Below, in pieces: positions 19,301-31,700 of a DNA stretch of 58,208 nt. The notes beneath the pieces were generated by a model that worked only from the letters and a program-made list of their open reading frames with translations, did no database searches and had not been told where the DNA came from. The stretch lies in the IMG/VR virus record IMGVR_UViG_3300032323_003414, positions 1 through 58,208 of that record. One strand, written 5' to 3'. Both the position numbers and the translations under genes were made by a program. Origin of the DNA: a virus. Taxonomy: Duplodnaviria; Caudoviricetes. How positions within the stretch are numbered: the first letter of the stretch is position 1; each line of letters begins with the position of its first letter.

Positions 19301-19724
19301 GATATCAGACAACATGATTTTAAATTCTGTAGTGTTCAAGCCTTTGTTTGGTGACAAATCGTCGCCTGAACTTCGAGCCACTCTCAAAGTTGTACGCAGT
19401 TCATCTGCTGTGGTCAGCGTGAGTGAAATTAAGAGTCGCATGGTTGCCGCTGTCAATGAATACTTTACCATTGACAAATGGGACTTTGGATTGACTTTCT
19501 TCTTCTCAGAGCTAGCGGCCTACTTACACAAAGAACTAGGCGATATTATTTCTACTGTGGTATTAGTGCCGCAGGATCCATTGAAGAGCTTTGGTGACTT
19601 GTATGAAATACGTTGCCAACCCAATGAGATATTTGTAAATGCAGCCACGGTCAACGACATTGAAGTCATTGATGCATTGACCAGCAGTGAATTGAGAACC
19701 GCACCAAACAGCGGGGTAGTATAA
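16317..19724 (+). CDS. gp6: Baseplate wedge subunit (gp6-like)
   Basis: DFETLRKS, FLDTAERRDSV..LA..VSY.P, FGDG, TQNRMVNGEDY motifs. Confidence 0.85.
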   Translation: MAKTTRQTAIFGVEDWKRIYQTYREADFQSYDFETLRKSFIDYIRLYYPENFNDYIESSEFVALLDVMAFMGQSLSFRNDLNIRENFLDTAERRDSVVQLANLVSYTPKRNQEAQGYLKVFNISTTENVIDFNGQNLSGVTVNWNDVTNVNWQEQFTVILNAALVDSQRFGKPGATKNILGIETQEYSLNLVPGYLPVVPFTSTIDGTSMTFEAVSSTFQDEDYVYEPAPKPSGIFNVLFRTDQLGFGSPNTGFFFYFKQGTLQNQDFNLGERISNRVVAINIDGINNEDVWLYQLDDVGNVQAEWIKVPSLYSAAVEQLAPDARKFFAVTSRTNDQINLNFGDGVFTEIPVGTFRSYVRASNGLQYIINPEEMQAIQISIGYVSRTGRLETVTFTCGLSQPVSNASSRESLADIKSRAPARYYTQNRMVNGEDYNNFPYTLFGTIIKSKAVNRSSIGTSRYLDLVDITGKYSSTNIFASDGLVWENTASPSFTFTFVDKNDISNVIVNAVEPVLSSRGMLEFYYQNFLRPDLLTLGIRWQQSTTALNETTGYFEFISSGAPAPIGPQSSDNKQYMAQGSLIKFVAPTGYYFDENNRLKLGLPTLPNDKLVLWATVSALILDGTNFGTGNLPDGQGPVILNNFIPTGAIPTQVIPKFITDLPVTLEQSMIDQIELYRNFGLGFDNLTGEWYLITSQNLNPATTFSLANAQDQSGQGLDNSWLVAFETDGVTYTVSSRALQRFWGSILQTRFFYDGSQAVYDPRTGSVINDFINCLKTNNRPDVSLPLNSDIIMDIIGQPIQADGYIDDFQVQISFKDSDNDGVADDPDYFETLVAPEVNPTTKYVFFERTVDFDNLERYLPLSKGKVVSEYATLDQIELAKAEYSDGQYFYAYNDLVFYELDIAFNGVRTLKELSGLIARVGRQDLYFQYRHNAPLSRRIDPGSSNIIDIYLVTTAYYNAYQNYIKDSTGTVPEPSPPTIDELGTAYNSLQRYKMISDNMILNSVVFKPLFGDKSSPELRATLKVVRSSSAVVSVSEIKSRMVAAVNEYFTIDKWDFGLTFFFSELAAYLHKELGDIISTVVLVPQDPLKSFGDLYEIRCQPNEIFVNAATVNDIEVIDALTSSELRTAPNSGVV

Positions 19725-19726
19725 CA

Positions 19727-22700
19727 ATGGCACAAACAAGAATTCGTACAGTAGATTTTCTACCAGAGATTTTCCGCACACCAACCAACAGACAATTCTT
19801 GTCTGCTACGTTGGATCAATTGGTGCAGGATCCTAAACTCAAACCCACACAAGGTTTTATTGGTCGACGTGTTGGCCCTGGAGTCAATCCCAAAGAAAGC
19901 TATGTACTTGAGCCTACTAAAACTCGTACAGATTATCAGCTTGAGCCAGGCGTAGTTTTCCTTAAACCCAACACCAACACAGTTGAAACAGCAGTGACCT
20001 ATCCTGGTCTGGTTGATTCAATCAAAGTCAAAGGCGGTACAACAACAAGACAAGATCGCTTATGGGAAAGTGAATATTACAGCTGGGATCCTTTTGTTGA
20101 TCTTGACAAATTTATAAATTTTAGTCAATACTATTGGTTACCAGCCGGTCCTGATTCGGTTGACGTGTTTGCTGACCCTGTGCCACTCACTGATGATTTC
20201 ACAGTGACTCGCAACAGCAACAATTATACATTCAGCGGAGTTCCTGGCACAAACCCAACCATCACGTTGGTGCGTCAAGGTAGCTACGACTTCAATGTAC
20301 AACAGAATGGGCATCGATTCTGGATACAAGCAGTACCCGGTACCTCAGGAGTACTGCCACAGACCCCAAATCAAAGCAGTCGAGAAGTGTTGGGTGTAAC
20401 CAACAACGGTGAAGACAACGGTACCATTACTTTTAATGTTCCTGCCAAAAGCGCACAGAATTTTTACTATCAACTTGAGGATGCCGGCACAGTAGACTTT
20501 GCTACCAGTATCCAATTTGATGATATCAACAATATCTATGTCAGCGAATTCATTGAAAGATATGGTGGCATCGACGGAGTCAAAGATCTTAATGGTCGTA
20601 CTGTAATTTTCTTGTCCAATGCTGGATGGTTTTTTACAGGACTGTATGACAGTGCCGGCCAACCTTATGACTCTGTGCCCTTTGACGAAACAGTGGAAAT
20701 TTCTCTGGATAGCCAACGCTACAGCGTGTGGAGAATCAACTATGTGTTTGACGATTCACTCAATCCCTACATACGACTCACAGTAGATCGTCCAGTTAAC
20801 AATCTCAGCCGACTGTTGACTCTCTATGGCAATCAATATGCCAACATTAGTTTTTACAAAAATTCCAGTGGATTGTTTGAACAAATTCCTTTGATCACAG
20901 CCAACCTCGACATATTGTACTATCAAGATGCAGACAATCCAGAGTTGTTTGGAATTATCAAACTAGTAGATCAGTCCGGCGATCAAGATATAGACATTGA
21001 TGAAATTGTTGGACAAAAGAACTATACAAGTCCCAACGGAGTAACTTTCTCTAACGGCCTAAAGATTCAGTTCCAAGGCCCAACCACTCCGCCTAGCTAT
21101 GAACAAAAAGAATACTATGTAGAAGGAGTAGGCACAGCCATTGAACTAGTGCCAGTGACCAGTTTGATCACTCCAGAAACATATACTCGTTCTAGCACTG
21201 TTCCTTATGATTCAACACCCTATGATGCAACTCCATTTGATGACACATTAAATGCTCCTGTTGATCAAGACTACATAACAATCAATCGTGCCAGCAAAGA
21301 TCTAAATGCTTGGACTCGTAGTAATCGTTGGTTCCACGTGGACATTATCAATGCCACTGCACAATACAACAACACTGTGCCTTTTCTTGATAATAATGCT
21401 CGTGCTAAACGACCAGTGTTAGAGTTTGTGCCAGGACTTAAACTTTTTGATTTTGGTACTCAAGGAATTGAGCCAATCAACATTATCGATTTCCGTGAAA
21501 CTGATGCCATGAGCAATATCAATGGCAGCATTGGATATAGTGTTGACGGATATGCATTTGCCACAGGCTCACGTGTGATATTTGCCGCGGACCGAGACCC
21601 TGAAGTTAGAAACAAAATTTATCAAGTAACGTTTATTGAACCATCTGGTGGCGGAACACCTATCATTGATTTGCAACCAGCCAACCTCAACAAGCCAGAT
21701 GAGCCATTTGATGTGGTGGCAGTGTGTTTAAGCGGTGTTACGTTACAGGGACAGAGCTTTTGGTTTAACAATGAAACATGGATCCCAGCACAACAAAAAA
21801 GTGGAGTAAATCAGCCTCCGTTGTTTGATGTCTACGATGCGGCTGGATACAGTTTCAGCGACGGTTTGATTTATCCTAGCACTTCATTCCGTGGAACAAA
21901 ATTGTTTAGCTATGCTCCAGGCGAAGGTGTCACAGACAAAATCATTGGCCAACCACTCAAGTATCTCACAATCAACAATGTGGGAGACATTGTATTTGAC
22001 ACCAATTTGTATATGGACACGTTTGTGTATGTAGAAGATACTATCAGTGTTGAAAAACCAATTGGTGAAGGTTTTGTTCGACAATATGCTGACCGTACAA
22101 ATTTTAGAAAATTGATTGGTTGGGAAACAGCTGAATCCACAGTGATGTCTCGTCAGAGTTTTTCTTTTACATACAACAACGAGCCATTGATCATTGACAT
22201 TCCAGTGAGTCAAGACAGCGCAACTGTGCCAGTCAAAGTGTATGTAAATGCTGTGTTCCTTACCACAGACAATTACACCTATGAAATAACATCAAACAGC
22301 ACAATTATTACTTTTATAAATCCACCACCAGTTGACGCCAGCATTGAAGTCACAGTGGTCAGTGATGTGGCCAGCCCCACAGGTTTCTACACTGTGCCAT
22401 TGAATCTTGAAAACAATCCTCTCAATGATCAGGTTACTACACTGACCTTGGGAACCATAAGAAATTATTACAACGGGATCTGTCAAAACATATCAGCATT
22501 CACTGGTGAAATCAACGGTATCAACAACACACGAGATCTTGGAAACCTAATTCCTTACGGTGATCAAATCATACAAAACAGTGCGCCAGTGTTGATGACT
22601 GCTGTGTTTACCAACAACACAGAATATGACTTTTTCCAGTCTTTGGAGTTTACATCGTATCAATATCAAAAGTTTAAAAACGTATTAGTTGACACAGTGA

Positions 22701-25700
22701 TCAAAAATGATTTCCAAAATATGACTGTGGCTGAAATATTGGATGCTTGTGTCACACAAATCAATTTTGGAAAAACAGAACTGTCTCCATTTTACTGGAG
22801 CGACATGTTGCCTTCAGGGGAAACATATCAAGAAACAGTGTATACAGTTACTCCTATTACCACAGACACATTTGATACACTGTACTCCTACGATCTTGAC
22901 TCAGCCAACTACCAAGCTATTTTGATTTATCTAAACAATGAATTGCTGATCAACGGAGTGGAATATGAAGTTGCTGTAGATGGACCGCGAGTGACAATAT
23001 TGGTTCCTCTAGCTGTGGGTGATGTAGTTTCTATTAGAGAATACGAAAACACTTTTGGAAACTATGTTCCAACTACTCCAACCAAGATGGGCATGTATCC
23101 ATCATTTATTCCAGAAAAATTTGTAGATACAACTTATATTACTCCTACAGAAGTAATAAGAGGGCATGATGGTAGCATAACTGTGGCCTATCAAGATATT
23201 AGAGATGATATTCTGTTGGAATTTGAAAAACGCATCTATGACAATCTCAAAGTAGACCAACTAGATATTCCGTTGACCTATGCAGATGTTGCCCCTGGTC
23301 AGTTCCGCACCACAGATTACACACAACAAGAAATTACCACAATCATGGGCACCAGTTTCTTGGCCTGGGTTGGTGCTAACAACTTACCCTACAAAGATCA
23401 AGAATACAATGCTGCCAACCAATTTACGTGGAACTATAGTGCAAGTTTAAACAAACTCAACAATGAAACATTGTTAGGAGCCTGGAGAGGAATATACAAC
23501 TATTTCTACGACACAGATGCTCCAAATACTCGCCCTTGGGAAATGTTAGGATTTAGCAAACGTCCTACATGGTGGGAACAAGAATATGGTCCTGCCCCAT
23601 ATACCTCAGGCAACTTGGTACTATGGGAAGATTTAGAAGCTGGCCGAGTAATGGATCCAGCGGCACCATATATCATACCAAAATATCGTCGCCCAGGTTT
23701 GACCGCAGTTATTCCTAGTGACAGCGAAGGTAACTTGTTGCCTCCGTACGCAGTCATGGTTGGAGAATATGATCCGGGCAGTTTCCGTAAGAGTTGGACA
23801 GTAGGTGATGACGGGCCAGTTGAAAACGCCTGGCGCACTTCCAGTGCATGGCCTTTTGCTGTGCAAAGATTATTGGCACTGACCAAACCAGCCAAGTACT
23901 TCTCATATTACATTGATAGAGATGCTTATAGATTCAACGAGGAACTTGGACAATGGGTTTATTTTGATAGAACTCGTACATTGGACGCTGGTACAATTCA
24001 AGTATACGGCACTGGAATTTCTAAAAACAGTTACTTGAACTGGGTAGTTGATTACAACAAAGTCATTGGTAAAGAAACTACTACAGCACTCAGCAATATT
24101 TTAGACAATCTGGATGTGCGTCTTTGCTATCGTATGGCAGCATTCTCTGACAAGCAGTATATCAAACTGTTTACAGAAAAATCAAGCCCTAATAGCTTGA
24201 ACACCAGTTTGTTGTTACCCGATGAAAGCTATCAGTTATTGCTGTATAAAAATCCAACCATAGCATCGTTGACCTGGAGTTCGGTGATTATACAAAAATC
24301 TGATTTGGGTTATACTGTGTACGGGTACAGCACCACTAAACCGTATTTTGAAATACGTGCCAGCATACCAAACGGCAATTATAGAACTATCACAGTAGCG
24401 GACACTGTGGTGCGAGTGCCCGACGACTACAGTGATACAGTAGTTCAGGTCCCCTACGGATATGAATTTGTTGGCGTAAATTCAGTGGTTGACTTTTTGT
24501 TGAGCTATGGAGCATTTATGGATGCCCAGGGTATGACCTTTGAGGATCAAGAGCGCGGTCGTATTCTTAACTGGAGCCAAATGGCTCAAGAATTTGTGTA
24601 TTGGAGCAAGCAGGGATGGGCAGTGGGCAGTTTAATCAACATCAACCCTGTGGCCAATGTATTGCAGATTGTCAAACCAGGTTTGATTGCTGAACCTCTC
24701 AGCACCACAGCACCAGAAGACATTTTGCTTAACCAAAACAAACAACCTCTTCAAGGGTTAGATTATGTAGTCGACAGATACGAAAATGCTTTCCAACTCA
24801 CAGCAGTAAACAACAACACATTCAGTTACCTCAATGCCAAATTCACTGCCTACGAGAACTTGATTGTGCTTGATAACACCAGTATATTCAATGATCTAAT
24901 CTATAATCCTACCACCGGTGCTCGCCAAAGCAGATTACTGTTCACAGGATATACCACCTATGAATGGAACGGTAGCTTGGATGCACAAGGATTTATTTTA
25001 AATCAAGATAACATTCAAGATTGGATACCAAACAAGAGCTATACCAAAGGACAAATAGTCAAGTACAAAGATGCTTATTGGTCAGCAGTAAAAATTATTC
25101 CTCCTCAGGAAAAATTTGATTTCCAGTTTTGGCTCAAGAGCGACTACGCTGAAATACAAAAAGGACTATTGCCCAACGCTGCCACTAAAGCACAATTTAT
25201 ACGTGGGTTCTACGACACCAACCAGGTCAACCAAGAGAGAGACGCAGATCTACTGGCATTTGGATTGATTGGATTCCGTCCACGTCGTTACATGCAGAAT
25301 TTAAATCTTGACGACATCAGTCAAGTTAACCTATATCAACAATTTTTGGGAATCAAAGGTACCACACAGGCCACAGACATATTCACCAAGGCCAATCTTG
25401 GCAAAGAAGTGGCCGAGTACGAGATTTTTGAAAACTGGGCAATCCAGCGAGCAATATACGGAGCCAATGCTAATCGTAGCTACTATGAACTACGCCTAAA
25501 TCAGGCCTTGTTGCAAGGTAATCCTTCTACCATTCAAGTGATTGAGCCACAGCAATACAGCATTGCTGATCAGACAGTGCAAGTAAATCACTTATGGAAG
25601 GAAAGTTATCCAATTACATCTCCAGATATTTTGCCAACCAGTTTCTTAAATGCCACTGATGTGCAACTGCCAACCGCAGGCTATGTAAATTGGGATGATG

Positions 25701-28700
25701 CTGACATTAAACTGTTTGATTTTGCTGAACTCACTGCACTGATCAACGACATTGAAAATATTCAGGTAGGGACCAGTGTATGGGTAGCCAAAGACAACAG
25801 CTACGATTGGAACATCTACAGAAATAATCTTGTGCTGTACAACATTGTACAAGTGAGAGACAATCTCAACGGCACATGTACGCTAAGATTTGCCAACCAA
25901 CACGGACTAACCAAAGATCAACATATTGTTGTGAAATATTTTGGTCAGGGGGTTGATGGTACATATCAAGTTTTATCAGTACCGTCACTTGATACTATCA
26001 CAGTGGCACTGACACTAGGCGGTGCTGTTACACAACTCACAGGTATTGGTGTTTGCTTTGTGCTTGAAAGCATGCGTGTTAGACAGGCAGCCGATGTTTC
26101 AAATCTTGTGTATGCCAATAGCTTATTGCCTGGCAATCGTGCCTGGGTCGATGATGATGGCACAGGACACTGGGTAGTTTACGAAAAAATAAATCCGTTT
26201 ACTCCAGCGTTGGCATTGTCTCCATTGGAGCCAGTGATCAATTCTAGATACGGCAGTGCTATTACTCAAGGATTTGGTGGCTTTGGTGCATTGGTCGGTG
26301 CTCCTGGGTTAAACAACGAAGTTGGTGGCGTATATGGATTCACCAAGGGTGGATCTTTAGACTATGTAGAAACATTATTGTTGCAACCTGGTGCCAACAA
26401 CTTTGAAAATTTTGGTAGCGCAGTTACATCAGGCGGAAATCAATGGGGTGCAGTTGGAGCCGCTAACAGTTGGGCCAAACAAGGTTATGCAGTAACAGTC
26501 AATAGAAATATTAACTCTGGTGATTATTTGCAGAGTCAACTGTTGACAGAAATACCTTATCGTATAGATCAAATTACCAGCACTGGTGCGTCTACATATT
26601 CAGTGACTGGAGTTACATTGACTGATACATCTAAGGTTAGTGTTGTGGTAAATGATGTAGTTTTACCTCAAGGCACTGCTTGGATTATTTCTGGGTCTAA
26701 TATAGTGTTCCAGTCAGGATACATACCGACCGCTGGCAAAACAATCAATGTGTTCAACTATGATGAATATTCCTACAGCATAAATGTCAGCAACGATGAA
26801 CGTTGGTTGTACATTGGTGCTCCAGCAGGCAACAGAGTATATGCTTATAATCGCGTGGATGTTCAGTCCCAGGTTAAAAACTTTGTTGGCGACGGAACAA
26901 GGACAGATTTTTTTGTAGCAGATGTAATTATAGTTGATGACGACTCTTCATCAGGCGGCATTGGCAGCACACAGATTGGTGTCACTGTAAACAACATTCC
27001 TAAAACAGCAGGTGTTGATTTTGACTATGTTAATGGCACTGTGATATTTGACACAGCACCTAACACCGACGACAAAGTACGTGTGATACGTTTGTTGAGT
27101 AAAACATATTTCCCAGCTGAGATTACAGCCGGCAACTTTATACCTGGAAAACAATATCAAATAGCAACCTCGGGCTCTACCAACTTCACATTGATCGGAG
27201 CTTCATCAAACGCTGTTGGAACAGTGTTTACAGCCACTGGTGCAGGCACAGGCACTGGCACGGCTGCAATAATGAATTTTGATATAGACATGATATACCC
27301 TGTGACAGATATCTATAGTTTCAGCGTGTATGTCAACAGTGTGTTACAGCGTCCAAACATGGACTACTCATTTAACAGCACAACAAAAACAATTACTTTT
27401 GTTAACACCGCACCATTGGGCACTGTGTTAATAAATTGTGCAACACATTTCAAATATGTTGATTATATTGATTCTGCCGTAGTTGGGACATTGACTGCTG
27501 GTGCTAGATTTGGACACAGTTTAACATCAACCACAGATGGGCGTCAGTTTACTGCTGGAGCGCCAAATGCCACAGCTGACAACAAATTACTGGCTGGTCA
27601 GGTGTTTCAAGTTGATCGAAGCGTAGAAAGATTCACAGTGACCAATACTGCTCAAACTCAGTATTCAACTTTGAGAAATTTCAATGGCCCAGCCACTGTC
27701 AAAGTTAACGCCACTTTCTTAATTCCTGATGCCTACAACAACAATGGTCAATTCACTGAAGTGGATGCCAACACTGTAAACATCACAGCATCATTGAATA
27801 TTGGCGACATCATTGAAATAGAAACAAACACATTCAAGTTGATGCAGGCTGTTTCGTCAAATGCACCTCAAGCAGGTGCAGTGTTTGGTACAGCAATTGA
27901 TCAGTGCCCAAATAATTGTAGTTTATACATTGGTCAGCCCAACGACTCTGCTGTGGTTCCTGAAGCAGGCAGTGTGGAAAGATTTGTCAATCAGAGCAGA
28001 TTGTATGGTATCATAACAGGTACCAGCCAGTCTCCTACGTTAACCCCCGGTGACACTATTCGAATTAACCAGGTAGATGTTGCTGTTCCGACGCCATCTA
28101 CTTGGTCTAGTGGCGTTACTTGGTCTGCCGGATCATATGTGATTTATAGTTCTGCCATTTACAAAGCATTGAGAGCAGTACCTGTGTCAGTGAGCATTTC
28201 AGACACCACATACTGGATTCAATCTAGTTGGCTTGAGTTGTATGCAAGCACTATCAATGCGGCAGCAGAGCCAAACAACATTGGACTAATTGAAGTTCCT
28301 AATGCTCAAGCTACTGTTAGCAATGGTTACTTAACAATTTCTGTATTGAATTCCAATGCGGCTACACCATTTACACAGTTGACTGTTCTTCCTGGGCTCG
28401 GTGACGCATTCTACGACATTGGGTTTGACACACAGTACTATACACAAACCATTCAAGCACCTGGGCAACTGGCCTATGCGCACTTTGGTGCATCCGTGGA
28501 TGTCAGTGATGATGCGTTGACATTGATTGTTGGATCTCCACAAGGTACAGCATTTACACCAACTACATTTGACAATGGCACCACTTACTTTGATAGCAGA
28601 TCAACAGAATACTTTGATCCTCTCAACGAAAGCGGAGTGGCATATACCTATGATTTCTTGGCAGCAGCCAACGAGTCGATTTATAATCCAGGTAAGTTTG

Positions 28701-31700
28701 TATTTGGCCAACAAATATATGATGATACTCTAGCATCTTTAGATGAGTTTGGCACAGCAGTGAGCTATTCCAATGGTATCATGCTTGTTGGTGCACCGCA
28801 AGATGACCTCAATGATAGTTCTGGAGACTACGGACGAGTTGCCAAACTCAACAACGCAGACAGATCGCCAGCGTGGAAACCTGTGTATATACAGACTCCA
28901 ATTGTTGATGTCAATTTGATCAACTCTGTGTTCATGTATGACAGGTTAGAATCAAAAGTTACTCAGTATCTTGATTTCATTGACCCATTGCAGGGCAAGA
29001 TACTTGGTGCGGCAAAACAAAACATTGATTATTTGGGAGCAGTTGATCCTGCAGCCTACAACACTGGTGACATCAACAACTATGGCGACACTTGGGTAGA
29101 AAATCATCTTGGAGAAATCTGGTGGGATCTTTCGACTGTGAGATTTATTGACTACCATCAAGGTGACATTGACTATGCTAGTCGTCGCTGGGGACAACTA
29201 TTCCCAGGTTCCACTGTGGATGTGTATCAATGGATTGAAAGTCCAACTCCTCCTGCCACATACCAAGGACCGGGCACAGTTTACAGCACTACCAGTTACA
29301 CAGTGTCTAGCAAGTTAGATGCTCTGGGCATGTTTACTGCTCGCTACTACTTCTGGGTCAAAGGAATTCCAGAAGTAGCATCCAGACTGAAAAAAACTTT
29401 GAGTGTACAGGCCATTGCACAGTACATTGAAAATCCACGTAGTTCAGGAATTTCGTACGTGGCTTTCATAAATCCAAGTACCACTGCAATTTACAACGCT
29501 AGAAATTATATCAGCGCACAGGACACTATATTACACATTGAGTTTGATAAAATAGCTAACAATGACAATGTTCACGTTGAATATGATTTAATTTCTGCCG
29601 GTAACCCTGACAGCTTCTTAGAAGCCAATTTGTATCGCAAGATGCTTGACTCTTTCTGCGGAGAAGACACACTGGGAAATAAAGTTCCTGACACAACCTT
29701 AAGTCCAGCAGATTTATATGGTGTGCAGTTCAGACCACGTCAGAGTTTCTTTGTTGATCGCTTTTTGGCTTTGCAAAACTATTTAGAACGAGCCAATGCT
29801 ATCATGGCACAGTACCCACTCAGCGACAGCAGATCATTTGCATTGCTCAATAGTTCTGAACCTGAACCTACATCTGCGTCAGGAGAGTGGAACAAACGTG
29901 TGCTTACCTATCAAGAGCTTACTTTCCAAGACCTCAGCGAAGTTCCTGTGGGATACAAGTATCTTGTGGCGTCAGATTCTACCAATAACGGACTGTGGAC
30001 CATCTACTCAGTGACCCTAGGCAATGCGTTGCTAGGTGCTCCCAAAGAGCTGTTGCTTACTCGTGTGCAAAATTACGATACCAAGCTGTACTGGGAATAC
30101 ATTGACTGGATACAGCCAGGATACAACGCTGGAATTAAACCAGTGGCTGAAGTAGCAACCTACAACGAACTGCTGAGATTGACCATACCCAATGGATCCA
30201 GCGCCAAAGTCACACGTAACAGTTTTGGTAAATTTGAAATTTATCAATACCTTGATGGTCAGTGGATTCGAGTAGTGCTTGAAGACGGCACTGTTCGCAT
30301 CAAAGAAACTATCTGGGACTATGCCGCTGGCAAGTTTGGATTTGACGTAGAAACATTTGACAGTCAATACTTTGATCAATTCCCAGGGGCAGAAACACGA
30401 CAAATCATCAAGGCTATCAACGAGCAACTGTTGATCGACGAGTTGGCAATATTCCGTAACTCCTTGTTGTTGTTGGTATTTGAATTTATTCTTACCGAAC
30501 AGATTGCACCAGATTGGTTGTTTAAGACCAGTTTGATTGATGTCAACCACAAGATTCGTGATTTGTTGCCGTACCAAATTTTCCGACAGGATAACCAAGA
30601 CTTTGTGCTGGATTACATCCGAGAAGTCAAACCGTATCATGTCAAGATCAAAGAATTTAACCTTCGCTATGAAGGTATTGACACCTATGATGGAAATGTC
30701 ACAGACTTTGATTGCCCAGCATATTATGATACTGATTTACAAGAATTCCTAGCACCAGCACTGGATGATACAGTTCCGCCAAAATACAGCAATAGTGTGC
30801 CATCTAGCAGTCCTATCTGGTATCAAACACCATGGAATCAATGGTATCAAAATTACACTTTGCAGTTGCAAGGTGCAGATGTCATTGAACCAGGTATAGG
30901 CTACACTGTTCCGCCAGAAATCACAGTGGGAGTAGAATGGCAACCGTCAACTGCTGTGACCAATGGTGAACAACTATTCTATCAAAATTATTTGTACACT
31001 GTTTTGGATTCGGGAACCACAGGCACAGTTGCTCCTACGTTTACCAGCGGTACAGCTACCAATGGTACTGCAACATTGGGATTTGCTGGAACTCGTGCCA
31101 AGGCCGTGGCTCGTGTTAACACAGCTGGCCAACTGGTTGAGGTCATAGTTGTTGTTCCTGGTTCAGGATATATTGTCACTCCAACCATGACAGTGAGTGG
31201 TGGTAACGGCACAGGCGCCCGTGCGGTGCCAGTACTAGGCAATGAATTAGCTCGACACATACTAACAGTTATCAAGTATGATCGTTACAATTATGTCAGC
31301 CAAGTTGTTGATTGGCAGACAAATACCAACTACACACAAGGTCAGTTGATTCGTTTCCAAAACAATGTTTACAGTGCTAACCAAGCACTCAACAGCGGAA
31401 CAATATTTGATCCTACAGAGTACACCATAGTTGACGAGTCTACTTTAGACGCCGCGGATCGAGTGATTGGATTGTATACTCCAACACCAAACGAACCAGG
31501 TCGTGAATTAGCACAAGTAATCACCGGAATTGACTACCCAGGTGTGCAAGTCATGGGACCCAACTTCAACCAAAACACTGGGTATGATGTTGGAAACTTT
31601 GACATTAACCCTTACGATAACATTGACTTTGGCCCAGAAGGCCGTCCAACATACTCAGAATCAATATTGGATGCTGTTTATGAAAGCGCCTTTACTGACA

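Noticed and set aside
30032-30640. 202-aa antisense ORF and the many other short antisense or out-of-frame ORFs in the track
   Set aside because: They are nested in well-supported long genes and have no motifs; expected shadow ORFs
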